A stretch of 64,000 nucleotides of DNA. Origin: Octopus bimaculoides (lineage: Eukaryota). The notes under the pieces are model-generated. The model ran no database searches. It worked only from the letters and a program-made list of their open reading frames with translations, and had not been told where the DNA came from. The position numbers were made by a program, and so were the translations under genes. Below, piece after piece: positions 38,707-51,070 of the stretch (positions are counted from its first letter, which is position 1; every line of letters begins with the position of its first letter). The stretch is from assembly GCF_001194135.2 (NCBI RefSeq), contig NC_068994.1:47457362-47521361 (forward strand). The letters run 5' to 3'.

Positions 38707-39106
38707 AAATGAAAGAGTACTGTTCTATATTTTAGAGATGAGGAATCCTGTACATTATTTACATTATTTACATTAGACAGATATGTGTCCTCATCTTGTT
38801 TGTTGTTATCACAACGTTTTGGCTGATTTACTCTCCAGCCTTCATCAGGTGTCCTGGTGGCATTTCGAACTCAACTCTGGGTTCTCATTCCTAAGGTATT
38901 TTTGGCTGATGTTACTATTATTATTATTATTATTATTATTTATTCAAGGCACTGCCTAGAATTGAACTTGGAATCTTGGGTTTAGTTGCCCGTGCTCTTA
39001 ACCATGATGAAAGCTGGAAAGTAAATCAGCTGAAACATTGAGGTAACAACAAACAAGATGAGGACACATATCCATCCAATGTAAATAATGTAAATGAAAG
39101 AGTACT
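38707..39106 (-). mobile_element. Non-autonomous tRNA-headed retroelement with Penelope-type hammerhead motifs, 91-bp inverted arms and a flanking direct repeat
   Basis: Direct repeat aaatgaaagagtact at 38707-38721 and 39092-39106; inverted arms 38757-38847 and 39005-39095 (81/91 identical); tRNA-like segment 39004-38945 on the minus strand. Confidence 0.8.
38810..38851 (-). ncRNA. Minimal type I hammerhead ribozyme relic (G12 mutated to A)
   Basis: CAC-CUGAUGA-A-GGCUG-gagaguaaau-CAGCC-(A)AAA-CG-UU-GUG. Stems I and II pair and stem III is reduced to the palindrome AACGUU. Probably inactive in this copy. Confidence 0.65.
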
Positions 39107-39654
39107 CAATACAGGTAGCTGAGTTTGTTTATTTGTTCAAAGCTGATGATTCATTCAAATGCTATTCATAGTTATTTACTGTGTGTGGTTCTTCTGACAA
39201 GAAAAAATAAACCAATACATGTATGTGTGTTTTGAGTTTACAAACAGAAAAATGTGCTCAATAATTGTAGGTTTTCTTAATTTTTATTGGGGATGTTGAT
39301 TTACTTGTGGTGAGACAGAGTGAGCAAATGAAAAATGGGGGAATCGGTAGCCTCAAATGAATATATACAAATGTGTGTGTGTGTGTTTGTGAGAGTATAT
39401 ATGTGTACATAAGTGTGTATTTGTATGCATGTGTATATACACTCATACATACTCAAACACATACAATGGTTGCTTTGTAACAGTATTCATCTAGTTGATA
39501 ATCCCAGCATATTCAGTGAAATATCCATTAAAGATCACCATATCTAATCAGATTAATATCTACCTGGATACAGCCTTGAAACCATGCTGTGGTCTTAATC
39601 GTGGAGTAAATAAAGTATACAGACACATTCATACACAACCATGCGTGCACACAC

Positions 39655-39769
<115 letters not shown>

Positions 39770-40492
39770 CTGTATTTGTTTGTAAATATATGCTCACATG
39801 CTCTCTCTCTCTCTCACACACCATCCATATACACTTCTTAAAATTTACTTTATATTGTATCTTTTCCACACACTAATCTCTAGTTTACTGCATTTTCAAT
39901 GAGGTGAGTACTAAGGGTATACATGTACAGCTTAGATATAATAAACACAGTAAGGTATTTTGCTTTGGCACCCCTGTTTATGGGTAATTTATCACCATCA
40001 TGTGATAAATTACATCCACAAAGCAATTAGTGAAAGCAACAGTTTGTACTCACTCGCGAGTGACGGTTAAGCTTTATATACACTACTAAACCAATGTTGT
40101 TTTGCCACTTTGCAGTGGTTATGTTGCCAACACATTTCTGTGTTGCAGTATGGAACTATTGTTAACAATGCAGACAAATTTTGTTTCACTTTTCTTCAAA
40201 TGTTCCAAGACTCCTATTAGTTAATGTTGTAATTCTACCAAACTTGCTGCACCACTGTATAACTTTGGCTGAACGCCTGGCAATGAGGAAATATTAGTGT
40301 TTTAAATGTGGCATAGGTCAGTGACCATCAAAGCTCAGTTAAATTTCTATGCTTTGTGTGTATATGGGTGTAATTTTACATTTATCTCCGTGAATAAATG
40401 TTACATCATGAAATGCGTGTTTGTGATTGTTCTGTTTCGATAAGCAGCTAGAATTAGTTGTTTTATCAAGCTGATATAATAAGATTATACAT

Positions 40493-40555
<63 letters not shown>

Positions 40556-42009
40556 CTCAAAAGAAAAAGGAAATAATCTATATTCAATGAATAATATGTT
40601 TAGTGGCATGTTTTCATTTATTCAAATGAAGCATGGAAGAAATAAATAGCCTTCATCACTACAGCTTTGAAGTTAGAGACAGCAGACCATTTGTGAACAA
40701 CTAGTGCTGGTGCCAACACATCCTGCTGGGTCAAGAGCCATAATGCAGGGCAAACATCTAAATTGATATTTTATGGCCTGGACATGCACCAAACTAGATG
40801 ATACTGCAAAGTCTGGAGACCCTTTTGGCTACTTTGACAATTTCCTGCATTCTTATGCAGTCTCAGTTGTCTTGACTTTATTTTGCTATTAGGCATATTG
40901 TATGAGAACAAGAGAATATGAGTCTGATGTGCATGCAGCTGTCCTCACTGGAAAAAAAAAGAAAAAATTCTTGCACTAGTCTAGTGCCAGTGAGTAAGTC
41001 TGTATGGCACATATTGATAGACCCCACTCCATTTAAGGACCAATTGATGTGATGCTTGGGATATTCTGTACACCTGTGGCAGTCAGATACTATTATTTCT
41101 CAGGAGAGAATATAAAGTCATAGATACTACTTCCTCAAATAAAATAATCATGTATGTATGTATGTATAATTGTGTGTGTGTGTGTGTAAAGTAAAAACAA
41201 AGAGTAAAACTCCTTTGGTCATGAATGACCATAGTATTGCATCTAGAAAGTTACCCTCTGAGGCACAAGTCTGGACAAGCTTGTTTATGGAAGACCAGCA
41301 GTTGTCCATGCATACCAACTTCCCTTTTTCACACCACCATTGTTATCAAAGAGAACGACAAAGACTGTTACAGCTTTGGCACCAGTGACATAGCAACTCA
41401 TTTCTACAGTTGAGTGAAATGGAGCAACGTGAAATAAAGTGCCCACACATGCACATATGTGGTAAACAAATAATTGCACCTGCAATTTGTGAACTTTTAC
41501 CTATGATAATAGCTGTTGTTTATTGCCAGTTTTGCCATGACTAAGCAGATCTACTGTCAAATGTGCTCCAGTTGTGACCATGTCTATTTACCTATATTAT
41601 CCCAAATGACCTAGTTTTTCTTTGTTTTTTTTTGTTTTTTGTTTTTTTTAAATGTGAGGGTGAGTTTGCTGCTACTTCAAGCAGTCTCCCTCACTGACTT
41701 ATTTTAAAATATTTATCTGAATTAGCATTTTTGTGTATAATGCTGCTCTCAACTGTCATGTGTGAAATTATTAACCTATTCATTAAAGTGCTTACAGAAT
41801 AATTACAAGCATTAATACCAACAACTAAGGATTATGGAAATTAAACTTAAGTGAATAATACAAGAGTATAGTGCTGCATCCAAAGAATGAATAATCCAAG
41901 ATTATCTTTAGATTTTATCCATTGTGTATTTTTGAAGAGGATGTTTCATTGTAAATTAACTGGAATTCAAATTGTGTATATTATTAATCCCAGTTTTTTC
42001 TTCCTTCAG

Positions 42010-42115
42010 GCCCTTCTACCAGAGCAATATGTGACATTGTGAAAGAGCTTAGGAACAGGCCAAATCTGTCTTCGAACAAACACAGATTTGATGCTTTTAT
42101 CTTTGCACTGTTGAA
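42010..42115 (+). CDS. RUSC2: RUN domain exon (106 bp, phase 1/2) GPSTRAICDIVKELRNRPNLSSNKHRFDAFIFALLN
   Basis: ttccttcag acceptor; GAA|gtaggt donor; GPST and RF.AFI..LLN motifs. Confidence 0.92.
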
Positions 42116-42286
42116 GTAGGTTCATCTTCATTATAAGCATTATCTTTTTTGTAATTAATGTTATTTCCATCAATACTATTGTCATTAACATCTTCCTATA
42201 TTCTCATCATTATTATCTCATTTTCATTATCATTAATTGGCATCATTGTTTATACAACCATTATTATCATTATTATTATTATTATT

Positions 42287-42327
<41 letters not shown>

Positions 42328-42425
42328 AGTCATCATCACCTCTTCATTATCACTATTGTTATTGGCCATATCATGATCATTTTAATCAGACTCTAAAATT
42401 ATGTTCTGTAATTCTTCTGTTGCAG

Positions 42426-42756
42426 TTCACGTCTATTGGACTTCTGGCTAGGTTACCTGCGCCACAGAGACAATGTCATCTGTCACTTTTACAACACCAA
42501 TGCCTTGCTGCAACAGCAGCTCTACATCAGTGATCTGGGTGATGCTTATGAGGAAATGCTTCTCTCTTTGCAGCCCTTGTCTGTTTTACCATTCCAGCTC
42601 GATCTTGACTTTGTCTGTGGCAGCAGTGGCCAGAATCAAGCCAGTGGCGATATGACCCAGTCACGGGAAGGTGGTGCCACTTTGTCAGAACCTTCTGCAG
42701 GAAGTTTGTCTGAGGAATCAATGAAGCTAAGCTCTCCTTCAGTTAGATATGAAGAG
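42426..42756 (+). CDS. RUSC2: RUN domain C-terminal exon (331 bp, phase 2/0) SRLLDFWLGYLRHRDNVICHFYN...EEMLLSLQPLSVLPFQLDLDFV...RYEE
   Basis: ttgcag acceptor; GAG|gtatgt donor; L.FW..YL and L..LQPL..LPF.LDL RUN motifs. Confidence 0.92.
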
Positions 42757-43289
42757 GTATGTAGCACTTTAATACTATGTTATTTATTATCATACTCTTT
42801 TCTAACATGGTTATTGATGGAAAACAGTACACTATCTAGATATTTTCTGGTGCTTCTTTGGTACAGTTTCAGATTTGTAAGATATATTTTCCTTATATGT
42901 GTGGATGAGTCTTCTATCACTGGCAGGGCACAGATTTTTCTCTGGGGTTAGAGTTGTTATCTATCCTAAACATACATTATAGCAAGAACTAATTTGGTTA
43001 CATTGTTTGAAAGCTTTCCTACTTCTATTAATTTGCTAAGTAATTTTTCTGCATAAATTTGACTCTTTGTTTTCCAATATTTTGGAGTTAGATTTTCCTA
43101 CTTGTATCTATATGAGTTCCATTATGGTCAGTTTAGTCTTTTAAACAAAAATAAAGGAAATTGTTAATTTAAAAAAACTACATTTCATCTTTAAAAATCA
43201 TTTGTTAAAAATGCATTATTTATTATCAGAAAGAGATGTATTTTATTATTAATCCTTTCTCTTTTTATTTCTTTTGTGTCAAAATCCAG

Positions 43290-44644
43290 GCATCTGAAGA
43301 GAATGCTTTAGGTCAGTCAGCTGCAAAAGCGTGGAAATGGTTGAGTAGCTCAACAGCTAACGCCTTACCAAAAGCCAAGTCTGTTGTAGCCAATGTTGCA
43401 CAGAAGGTGTCACCTTCTATTTCACGGCTGGGCACCTCACTTTCCAAAGCTACACTTGGAGACTCATCAGAATATAAAGTCACAGAAGATATCCTCAATA
43501 TGGACCAGCTAGCAGACTCTTTACCACTGTCTAACAGTAATGACGACAATGAGTCTGTATCCAGTACAAGTAACTCCACACTGCTAGGATCTAATGTTGA
43601 ATCACCTTTAGAGGTAAAATCAATCACCGAAATGGAAAGGATTGATGAATCTAAAACATCAACATGCTCAAAGGACTCTAAAAATACAGACAATGAGAAA
43701 CAAAGTCAAAGCCTTTTAGATGAGCTTTTCCCTGATGCTAGTGAAACCAGTGATCTTGAGCAATCATCTTCACTATCAGTCTCCAACATAGCACAGAAGT
43801 TTCTGGGAATCGGCACCAGCAAACGCAAACAACCATACAGAAAAGAACTGACTGAGTACAGTTTTGACAGTGAACCAGATTCTTCTAACTCAATAAAAGA
43901 GTCCCACTCTGACACGAGCCTGAAGAATGAAGAAATTTCTAGAAAAGGAACATCTTCAAACAAAGCAAGTGAAAGTTTAGTACAAGAAGTGTTAGATAAA
44001 TACTGTGAAGCAAATCCGTCAAAGTCTGAAACAAATGAACTTAAATCTGATAATAAAAACAGCTTTAATAACAGCTCTGGTCCTAAATCCTCCATGCCAA
44101 AACTAGAAAGTCAGCCATCTGCTAATTCCTTTGATATTATCAAACTCTTTGATAAGCTTCTGCTTCCAAATAAATCAAGTAAAACACCTGAAAGTAAAGT
44201 TAATGTTGAAGGAGGAACTGCATATAGAAATACACCCACTATAAGTGCTTTCAACCTATTTCCATGGGGACAGCCAAATCCCACGTCTGATGATCTAAAG
44301 TCACCGAATTCTAAACAAGAAAGGACTCACTCAAATACCACTGATAGTTCTTCTGGTCAGAAACAAAATGCAGCTGAAACCACAAATATCAAAGCTGAAA
44401 ATAAAGAAGTGAGCAAGACAGCAGAACCTGCCCCTGTTCTTGATGGAAATAAAGGTGGTAACAGTGATGACCCCTTTGCAACTGGTTCCCCTGCATTGTA
44501 TGAATGGTGTGATATGGCTAAACCCCAGAACCCCAGTCAAGATCCTTCAGAAGATCACAGTGACCTGCCTTTAGATTCTACCGCTTCGTTACCTTCTAAC
44601 TCACCAGCTTCTCCTCAAGATTACTTTAGAATGCCAGACTACAG
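43290..44644 (+). CDS. RUSC2: Second large exon (1355 bp, phase 0/2): Ser/Lys/Glu/Asn-rich linker between RUN and SH3
   Basis: atccag acceptor after a T-rich tract; open frame of about 451 codons; TACAG|gtaagc donor; phases match both neighbours. Confidence 0.88.
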
Positions 44645-45954
44645 GTAAGCTTCATAACTATTGATTTCTCTTTCTTGAATTTTTTTTTTTTTTCTACTTT
44701 GATGTAAAAATAGAACCTAATTATAAACTACAAAAACAACATAAAACAAGAAATAATCACAGCTGACTGAGGCACATGAGAATTCGACAATGTCTCCGAG
44801 GGAGTGTAAGGCTACATTACATCACTGGTGTGGTACTGTGTCCCTGGTCAAAACACTTGACTCATTAGTAGATCAATTCATCTTGCTGTAACATTTAGTT
44901 AACACAGTTCACCTGACTATAAATAGAAACCATACATAGGTATATTCTGCCTAAAAGTGAATAAGTGCCAAGTGAAAGTACAGTCTGCCAAGCTGTAAAT
45001 AAGTACCATAGAAGAAGGTACTGTCCACCTAGCTGTTAATATGTACTGTTAGTGAGTTCTTGTAAGAACCTTCAAATAGTACCTATTGACAGCTGCAAGA
45101 AGAGCTGCCAACAGATACCATTTGCTAATTATATTAATTAGTAAATGTTATATCTGTTTGCAGGGTTGAATTTAGAGTCATGTAATAGGCTGAGGAAACA
45201 ATAAGTTATGTAATGATTAATATATTAATAATAATTATAATAAAATGTATTGTTGTCCTTGTGACATTGTTTGCAAAATCACAAGTCTTGGTTTTAATTC
45301 CTAACAGAGACTTGAATCAACACATATCACTCACAGTATGGTATCTGACCAAGAAGAAGCAAAGAAAAATATATAACAATTTATTTTTAACTAATTGCCA
45401 GTTGACACCTTTCATCTAAAATATCTTCTTCAAATTTTGATATAAGCAAAATAAATAAAAATCATTGGCTTTACTTCTGCCTCTGAGTAGTCCTTAAAGG
45501 AAATGTTGGAGAGGAAATAATAGACAGTGCAAGTGAACTCAAGCACAGTTGTGCTGATAATAACAACAACCAGGTTTGAGAAATATGTTGGGGAAATTGG
45601 AATTGACATAAAGGCAGAAAACTGCTTTATTGGGGACAGCTAGGATCTCGTTATTGATACTTGGGTGTTAAGTATCACAAAAAGAGACCCTGTGTGATCT
45701 TTGACAACAAATTGCTGTCCTTCCTTACAGAATTAAAGTGAAATCATGAGCACTGAGAAGTGAAATGAAAATAATAATTATGTCCACATTTGCTAATGGA
45801 TCAGGAGACTGTTCCCTTAACCAAAATTTCAAGCCTTGTGCATCCTCGCCATCCTCATCATTTGAGGTGTCTCTTCCATGCTGGTGTGGGTCGGACAGTT
45901 TGACATGACCCAATGAGTCAGTGCTATTTCAGTCAACATCAATGTTGACTAGTG

Positions 45955-46258
45955 CTCCATTGGTTATGACAACGAGGACTTCCAGTTGATCTGATCAATG
46001 GAACAGCCTGCTCATGAAATAAATGTGCAAGTGGCTGAGCACTCCACAGACACGTGTACCTTTAACATAGTTCTCAGGGGGATTCAGAATGACACAGAAT
46101 ATGATAAGACTGGCCCTTTGAAATACAGGTACTACCCATATTTGCCAGCTGAGTGGACTGAAGCAACGTAAAATGAAGTGTCACAACGTGCCTCCAGGAA
46201 TCAAACTCCTGACCTTATGATCAAGCCAAATGCCATAACCACTAAGCCACGTGCCTTC
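45955..46258 (-). mobile_element. Family F tRNA-derived SINE; related core at about 41205-41445
   Basis: Minus-strand head gtggcttagtggttatggc...aggagtttgattcc; the shared gctgagtggact.gagcaacgt.aaat.aagtg segment also occurs at 41405-41440. Confidence 0.7.
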
Positions 46259-46278
46259 TCATCATGGTTAAAAGACAT

Positions 46279-46463
46279 TAGAGTAAAGATTATTTGCCAA
46301 CATAACATGGCAGTCCTGGTCTAGGACAAATGTTGCTGTAATTTAGCCCCAGGAGACATCGTCTCCAGCTGGCTATATGACATGATCTATGTCCTTATAT
46401 TTTCGAAAAAGGGACACCTAAACCAGGACTGCTAAGTTATCTTGGTAAATAATCTTCATTCTA
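46279..46463. mobile_element. MITE with about 47-bp imperfect TIRs and TA termini (Tc1/mariner-like)
   Basis: tagagtaaagattatttgccaacataacatggcagtcctggtctagg is largely reverse-complementary to cctaaaccaggactgctaagttatcttggtaaataatcttcattcta. Confidence 0.75.
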
Positions 46464-48143
46464 GAGTACTATTGCTGAATATCTCTCATTGAGAAATTTA
46501 CAAATAGTAATTTTCTATAAAACAACATTATTATTATGATATGCAGAAACAGCTGATCATCATATCTCCTGTCTTACACTGTTATGTTGCATGTCTTTAG
46601 GTTCTGGAAGGGCTTGCAAAGACTATAAGTACTCCCCCTTTCTCAAGACTTCACTAACAAAAAAGAATATATATATCAAATAATTCTTGTCAAGTTCAAC
46701 ATAAAATTTTTTTAATACTTTTTATATTTTATTTAAAAGATTTTGTATATTTTTACCTTTCAACCATTCTTGATTGAGATGGGACAGAGTGGATTTGGTA
46801 ACTAAAGTAGAAAGTACCATAAACATAATGGAAGAGCTGCTTCCATAGGCAAATGAGCTTGCTAAAAATAGCAACCAAAAATCACACTTGAATCATGCAC
46901 CACCATCTTTAAAAAAAAAAAAAAATAAAAAAACAATGCACATACTGGATGATGTAGCATCATCTGAAAAACAAGGTAATGGAGGTGGTGGGGGTCATGA
47001 CTGGAAGGTTTGATTTTTTTTTTTTTCATCATAGGCCTACTCGATCAAAACAGGCCTGGGGTTAAAGAGCTACAACTGGAGTTGATTCAATTGATTTATA
47101 TCACTTTCCTTTAAAAGTGTGTGGCCTTGCTCTGATAAGAAACCATTGTCATTATTGTCATCATCATCATCATCATTAACATCACCATTGTTGCTAATTC
47201 CATTTTAAATTCTTCAAGTTTCTCTCCTTAATCTTTGTTTCTAGGCACTAGTGATGTCCTGGCTCATTGTCATCCTTCATTTCACAGGTAAAATTTCATA
47301 CAACACATTCCAACCTCTGACCTCTGCACTCTTGACCTTGCTCTTGTGTTTGTCCAGCAAGCTCGGGTGTAGAGAGACTCATTATAACACCCTCCATCAC
47401 CTGCTTCATCCTCTGTCTTCTCTTCTTTAACCTGTCACAGAAACACATGTATACATACATATATATACATACATTCACCCGCACACACTCATATATATAT
47501 ATATATACACACATACACATGACACATGTATGTGTGTGTATGTGTATATATATATATGTGTTTGTATATATGTGCACGTATGTGTGTGTGTATATGTTTG
47601 TATATATGTGCGTGTGCGTATATATACACATATATATCTATCTTTACTGTCAATGTTCTCTCCCTGCATTTTTAAAACTGAACCTCCCCCGTTTCTTTTC
47701 CCCCACCGCCTGTTTGTTTTTATTTGTTTCTTTCTTTCTCTATTTAACCATCTACTCTCACTTCTCTTCATTTGCTCCCCCTCCTCCTCCTCCTACGTTA
47801 TCTTGTTTTTATTTCTCTTCTTTGTATCTTGTCTTATTTTATTAATATTTTGCTTTTGTTGTTGTCATTTTATCAAGTTTAAGTGGCAAAGGTTCTTCTG
47901 GAACCCAATAAATTTTTCTTTCTTTTATATTTTTAAACCAGTTTTATTTATTTTTTTGTTTTGTTTTGCTTTTTGGGGGTTGTGTTAGGTTGGGCCTAAG
48001 ACATCAAATATCATGTGGCTAATGTGGTTTAAGTGTTGCTGGACGACACTGAGCTACAGTGGGATGAGTTCAAACCTCGGTTGCTAGAGATATTTCATCA
48101 TGCTTCTCCTTAAGCAAGTTAAATGACACATTACATCTGTGTA

Positions 48144-48180
<37 letters not shown>

Positions 48181-48360
48181 TACTAGAATTTTTGACTTCT
48201 GTCAAAAATAACAAACCACTCCAAATCGTTAGAGTATCCACATAGGTGGAGTCAAGACCAGCTAGAATGTATTGGGATTGAGTCTTATTAGTTGTAACTT
48301 CATGTTGTACTACTTAACTCAATTTTCCCAGCTAAAGACTAGGCAATCTCTCTCTCTCTC

Positions 48361-48567
48361 TCTTTACTCTTTTACTTGTTTCAGTCATTTGACTGTGGCC
48401 ATGCTGGAGCACTGCCTTTATTTGAGCAAATCAACCCCAAGACTTATTCTTTGTAAGCCTAGTACTTATCTTATCGGTCACTTTTGCTGAACTGCTAAGT
48501 TACGGGGCTGTAAATACACCAGTATCGGTTGTCAAGCGATGTTTGGGGGACAAACACAGACACACAA

Positions 48568-48636
<69 letters not shown>

Positions 48637-48746
48637 ATGGTCAGCCTGAGGCTATAGTAGAAGACACTTGCCCAAGGTGCCACGCAGTGGGACTGAACCC
48701 GGAACCATGTGGTTGGTAAGCAAGCTACTTACCACACAGCCACTCC
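48361..48746 (-). mobile_element. SINE family A, near full-length
   Basis: Same head (gggactgaacccggaaccatgtggttggtaagcaagctacttaccacacagccactcc) and tail as 25961-26357. Confidence 0.9.
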
Positions 48747-49214
48747 AACACCTATCATGCATATTTCATGGTAAAGTGGTTAGTGGGTATGAAACATTCT
48801 TACAAACATACTTACAAACTGCTTTTTGAGTTTTGTTCTTGTGCAATGCATAATGATGTTGTTTGTTTCAATCAGTCTACATTGCTGAGAAATGTTTATC
48901 CATTCCTTATGTCACAATGAAGTAGTGGATGAGTATGAAGGGTGTGTCACAAATTCAAGCTTTATTTGCTGCTAGTGCTTTTTGGAGTAGAGCAATAGGT
49001 GAAGCATGGATTTGTTTCATTCAGTCTATCTTTCCAAGATAAATGTGGCCACCACCTGCAATATGGTAGAGCAGTTAGCTATAGGAGGAGTGAAATGATT
49101 ATAAAATAGTACAGCAATTTCTGTAGCATCCTGCAATTTATGGAAAAATGAATTGAAGAGTGAATATTAAAATTTAATTTAATTAATATTTTCTCTTTCT
49201 CTCTTTGTAACTCT

Positions 49215-49680
49215 TGAAGGTGATACACTGGCAGAATTGTTAAGATGTTGGATAAAATGCTTAGCGACATTTCTTCTAGCTTTTTACACCCTGAGTTCAA
49301 ATTCCACCAAGGTCAACTTTGTCTTTCATCCTTTCAAGGTTGATAAAATAAGTACCAGTTGAACACAGGGATTGATGTTAACAATTTTCCTCCTCCCCTC
49401 AAAATTACTGGCCTTGTGCCAAAATTTGAAACTGTTATGTTATTATTTCTGAAAAAGATGCCCTTGTTATTTAAGGGCAATGAATGTCAGAATCTGTAGA
49501 GCAACTGACAAAACTCCTTGTGCTAAAATTGTTACATCCCTTTAGGTTCTGAGCTCAAATCGTCCAACCAAGCTCAGCTTTGATTTTCATTCTTCCTAGA
49601 TCAATAAAATTAAAATAGCAGGCAATCACCAAAAATACAATCAACATTACCTCTCTTTAAAATACAGGGTTTCATGTCTG
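49215..49680 (+). mobile_element. Family B SINE copies (one well preserved, one degenerate)
   Basis: ctgagttcaaattccaccaaggtcaactttgtctttcatcctttcaaggttgataaaataagtaccag core. Confidence 0.8.
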
Positions 49681-50345
49681 TTAAAAATCATGCTATTAAT
49701 ATATTGTTAATATTATTTATATATTTTCATTCTCTTTATATTTTAATTTTTATTTATTAATTTTTTGTTTGATTTTTGACCCTCAAAAATGTCAATATCA
49801 TTCAGATTCTCAAAACAAAGAAAATTTGGAAAAACATAACAATTTGATGATTGCTATCATTTCATAGTTTTGTGTTGTCTGTGATACTTTGTTTGGTGTG
49901 TTTGCGAGATCTTTTGCAACTGAAAAAAAAAAAAATTTTTAAAAAAAGGAAAGAAAAGAAAATTTTTAAATGATAATAATAATAATAATAATCCATTAAT
50001 AAATAAAAAAAATACAAAAAACAAATTCTTCAAAATCCTTCTGCTTCTTTCTCCATCTGCCATTCTGTGATTAACTGAAGCATGGAATTGCCTGCTAATG
50101 TCTCCAGATCTCTTGAACATGCAATGATTGTAGTTGTGGTAACTGTACTAGTGTTTGGTGAAAGTGTGTATTGGTGACAACGAATCATTATTTTTGTTTC
50201 AAATCATTCAGTTAATTGCTAGGATGAATATAGTACTGTTTCCTCACTCTATAAAACTGTTCCTTGTACCTAAACTAGAAATCATTTACCATATTGAGCT
50301 TGGGTGTAGGGATATTCAAATCAGTAAAGAAATTATTTTGTTCAA

Positions 50346-50573
50346 TTAACCATTTGATACCAACCCACCCTCGTCCCACTCAAATTCCATGATACAAAGT
50401 TTCTATTTGAAAGTGATCTAAATTAAAACCTTCCAAAAAAATTTCATATTAATTTATGTTCCAAAATACCAGCTTAATAATGACAGTCATTTTACTAAAT
50501 TCTTTATTATTTTCAAAAGTAATTGAAACAAAGGTAGCATCTTTTAACAGAAATATGATAACAAAAGGGTTAA
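50346..50573. mobile_element. TTAA-bounded MITE (piggyBac-like); partial right end also at about 38040-38121
   Basis: Ends ttaaccatttgatacc and gataacaaaagggttaa; the right end aattgaaacaaa...aacagaaata.g.taacaaaa.ggttaa recurs at 38070-38121. Confidence 0.65.
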
Positions 50574-50759
50574 ATTGAAATGCTGTAATACCGTCTGATC
50601 AACTAACATCTTCTGTGAGGTATTTCATCACATATATCTTTGTATGTGTGAACCATTACTGTTAAAGACTTTCTGTATTCCCGAGCATCAAACTAATACA
50701 TCCTTTTGTTGTTTACACCACCTGTCCTCGTCTGTTGTTGTTTTTTTTCGTACATTCTC

Positions 50760-50811
<52 letters not shown>

Positions 50812-50940
50812 CTAATGATGATTGCAAACCATATTGACGAAATTCTAGCATTGACCCTTCTCACAGCACAACATAGCAGATTTAAGAGATAAGTGGAGGG
50901 GGAGAGAGGTTTGACTTCAGCACTTGAATGGTACTATATT

Positions 50941-51070
50941 CATCATCATCATCATCATCGTTTAACGTCCGCTTTCCATGCTAGCATGGGTTGGACGATT
51001 TGACTGAGGACTGGTGAAACCGGATGGCAACACCAGGCTCCAGTCTGATTTGGCAGAGTTTCTACAGCTG
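50941..51070 (-). mobile_element. Young family C 3' end nested inside a family B SINE
   Basis: Near-identical to 34553-34696; flanked by split halves of the family B core. Confidence 0.85.

Noticed and set aside
40050-40063. Perfect 14-bp palindrome TCACTCGCGAGTGA as a Helitron 3' hairpin
   Set aside because: No CTRR end at the expected short distance and no matching 5' end or second copy.
43313-44095. Antisense ORFs of 126 and 129 aa (also several within 7462-9366)
   Set aside because: Shadow frames of the real + strand exons; no splice or start support.
46601-46628. Possible exon RFWKGLQRL* after a tttag acceptor
   Set aside because: Weak pyrimidine tract and weak donor; no independent support.
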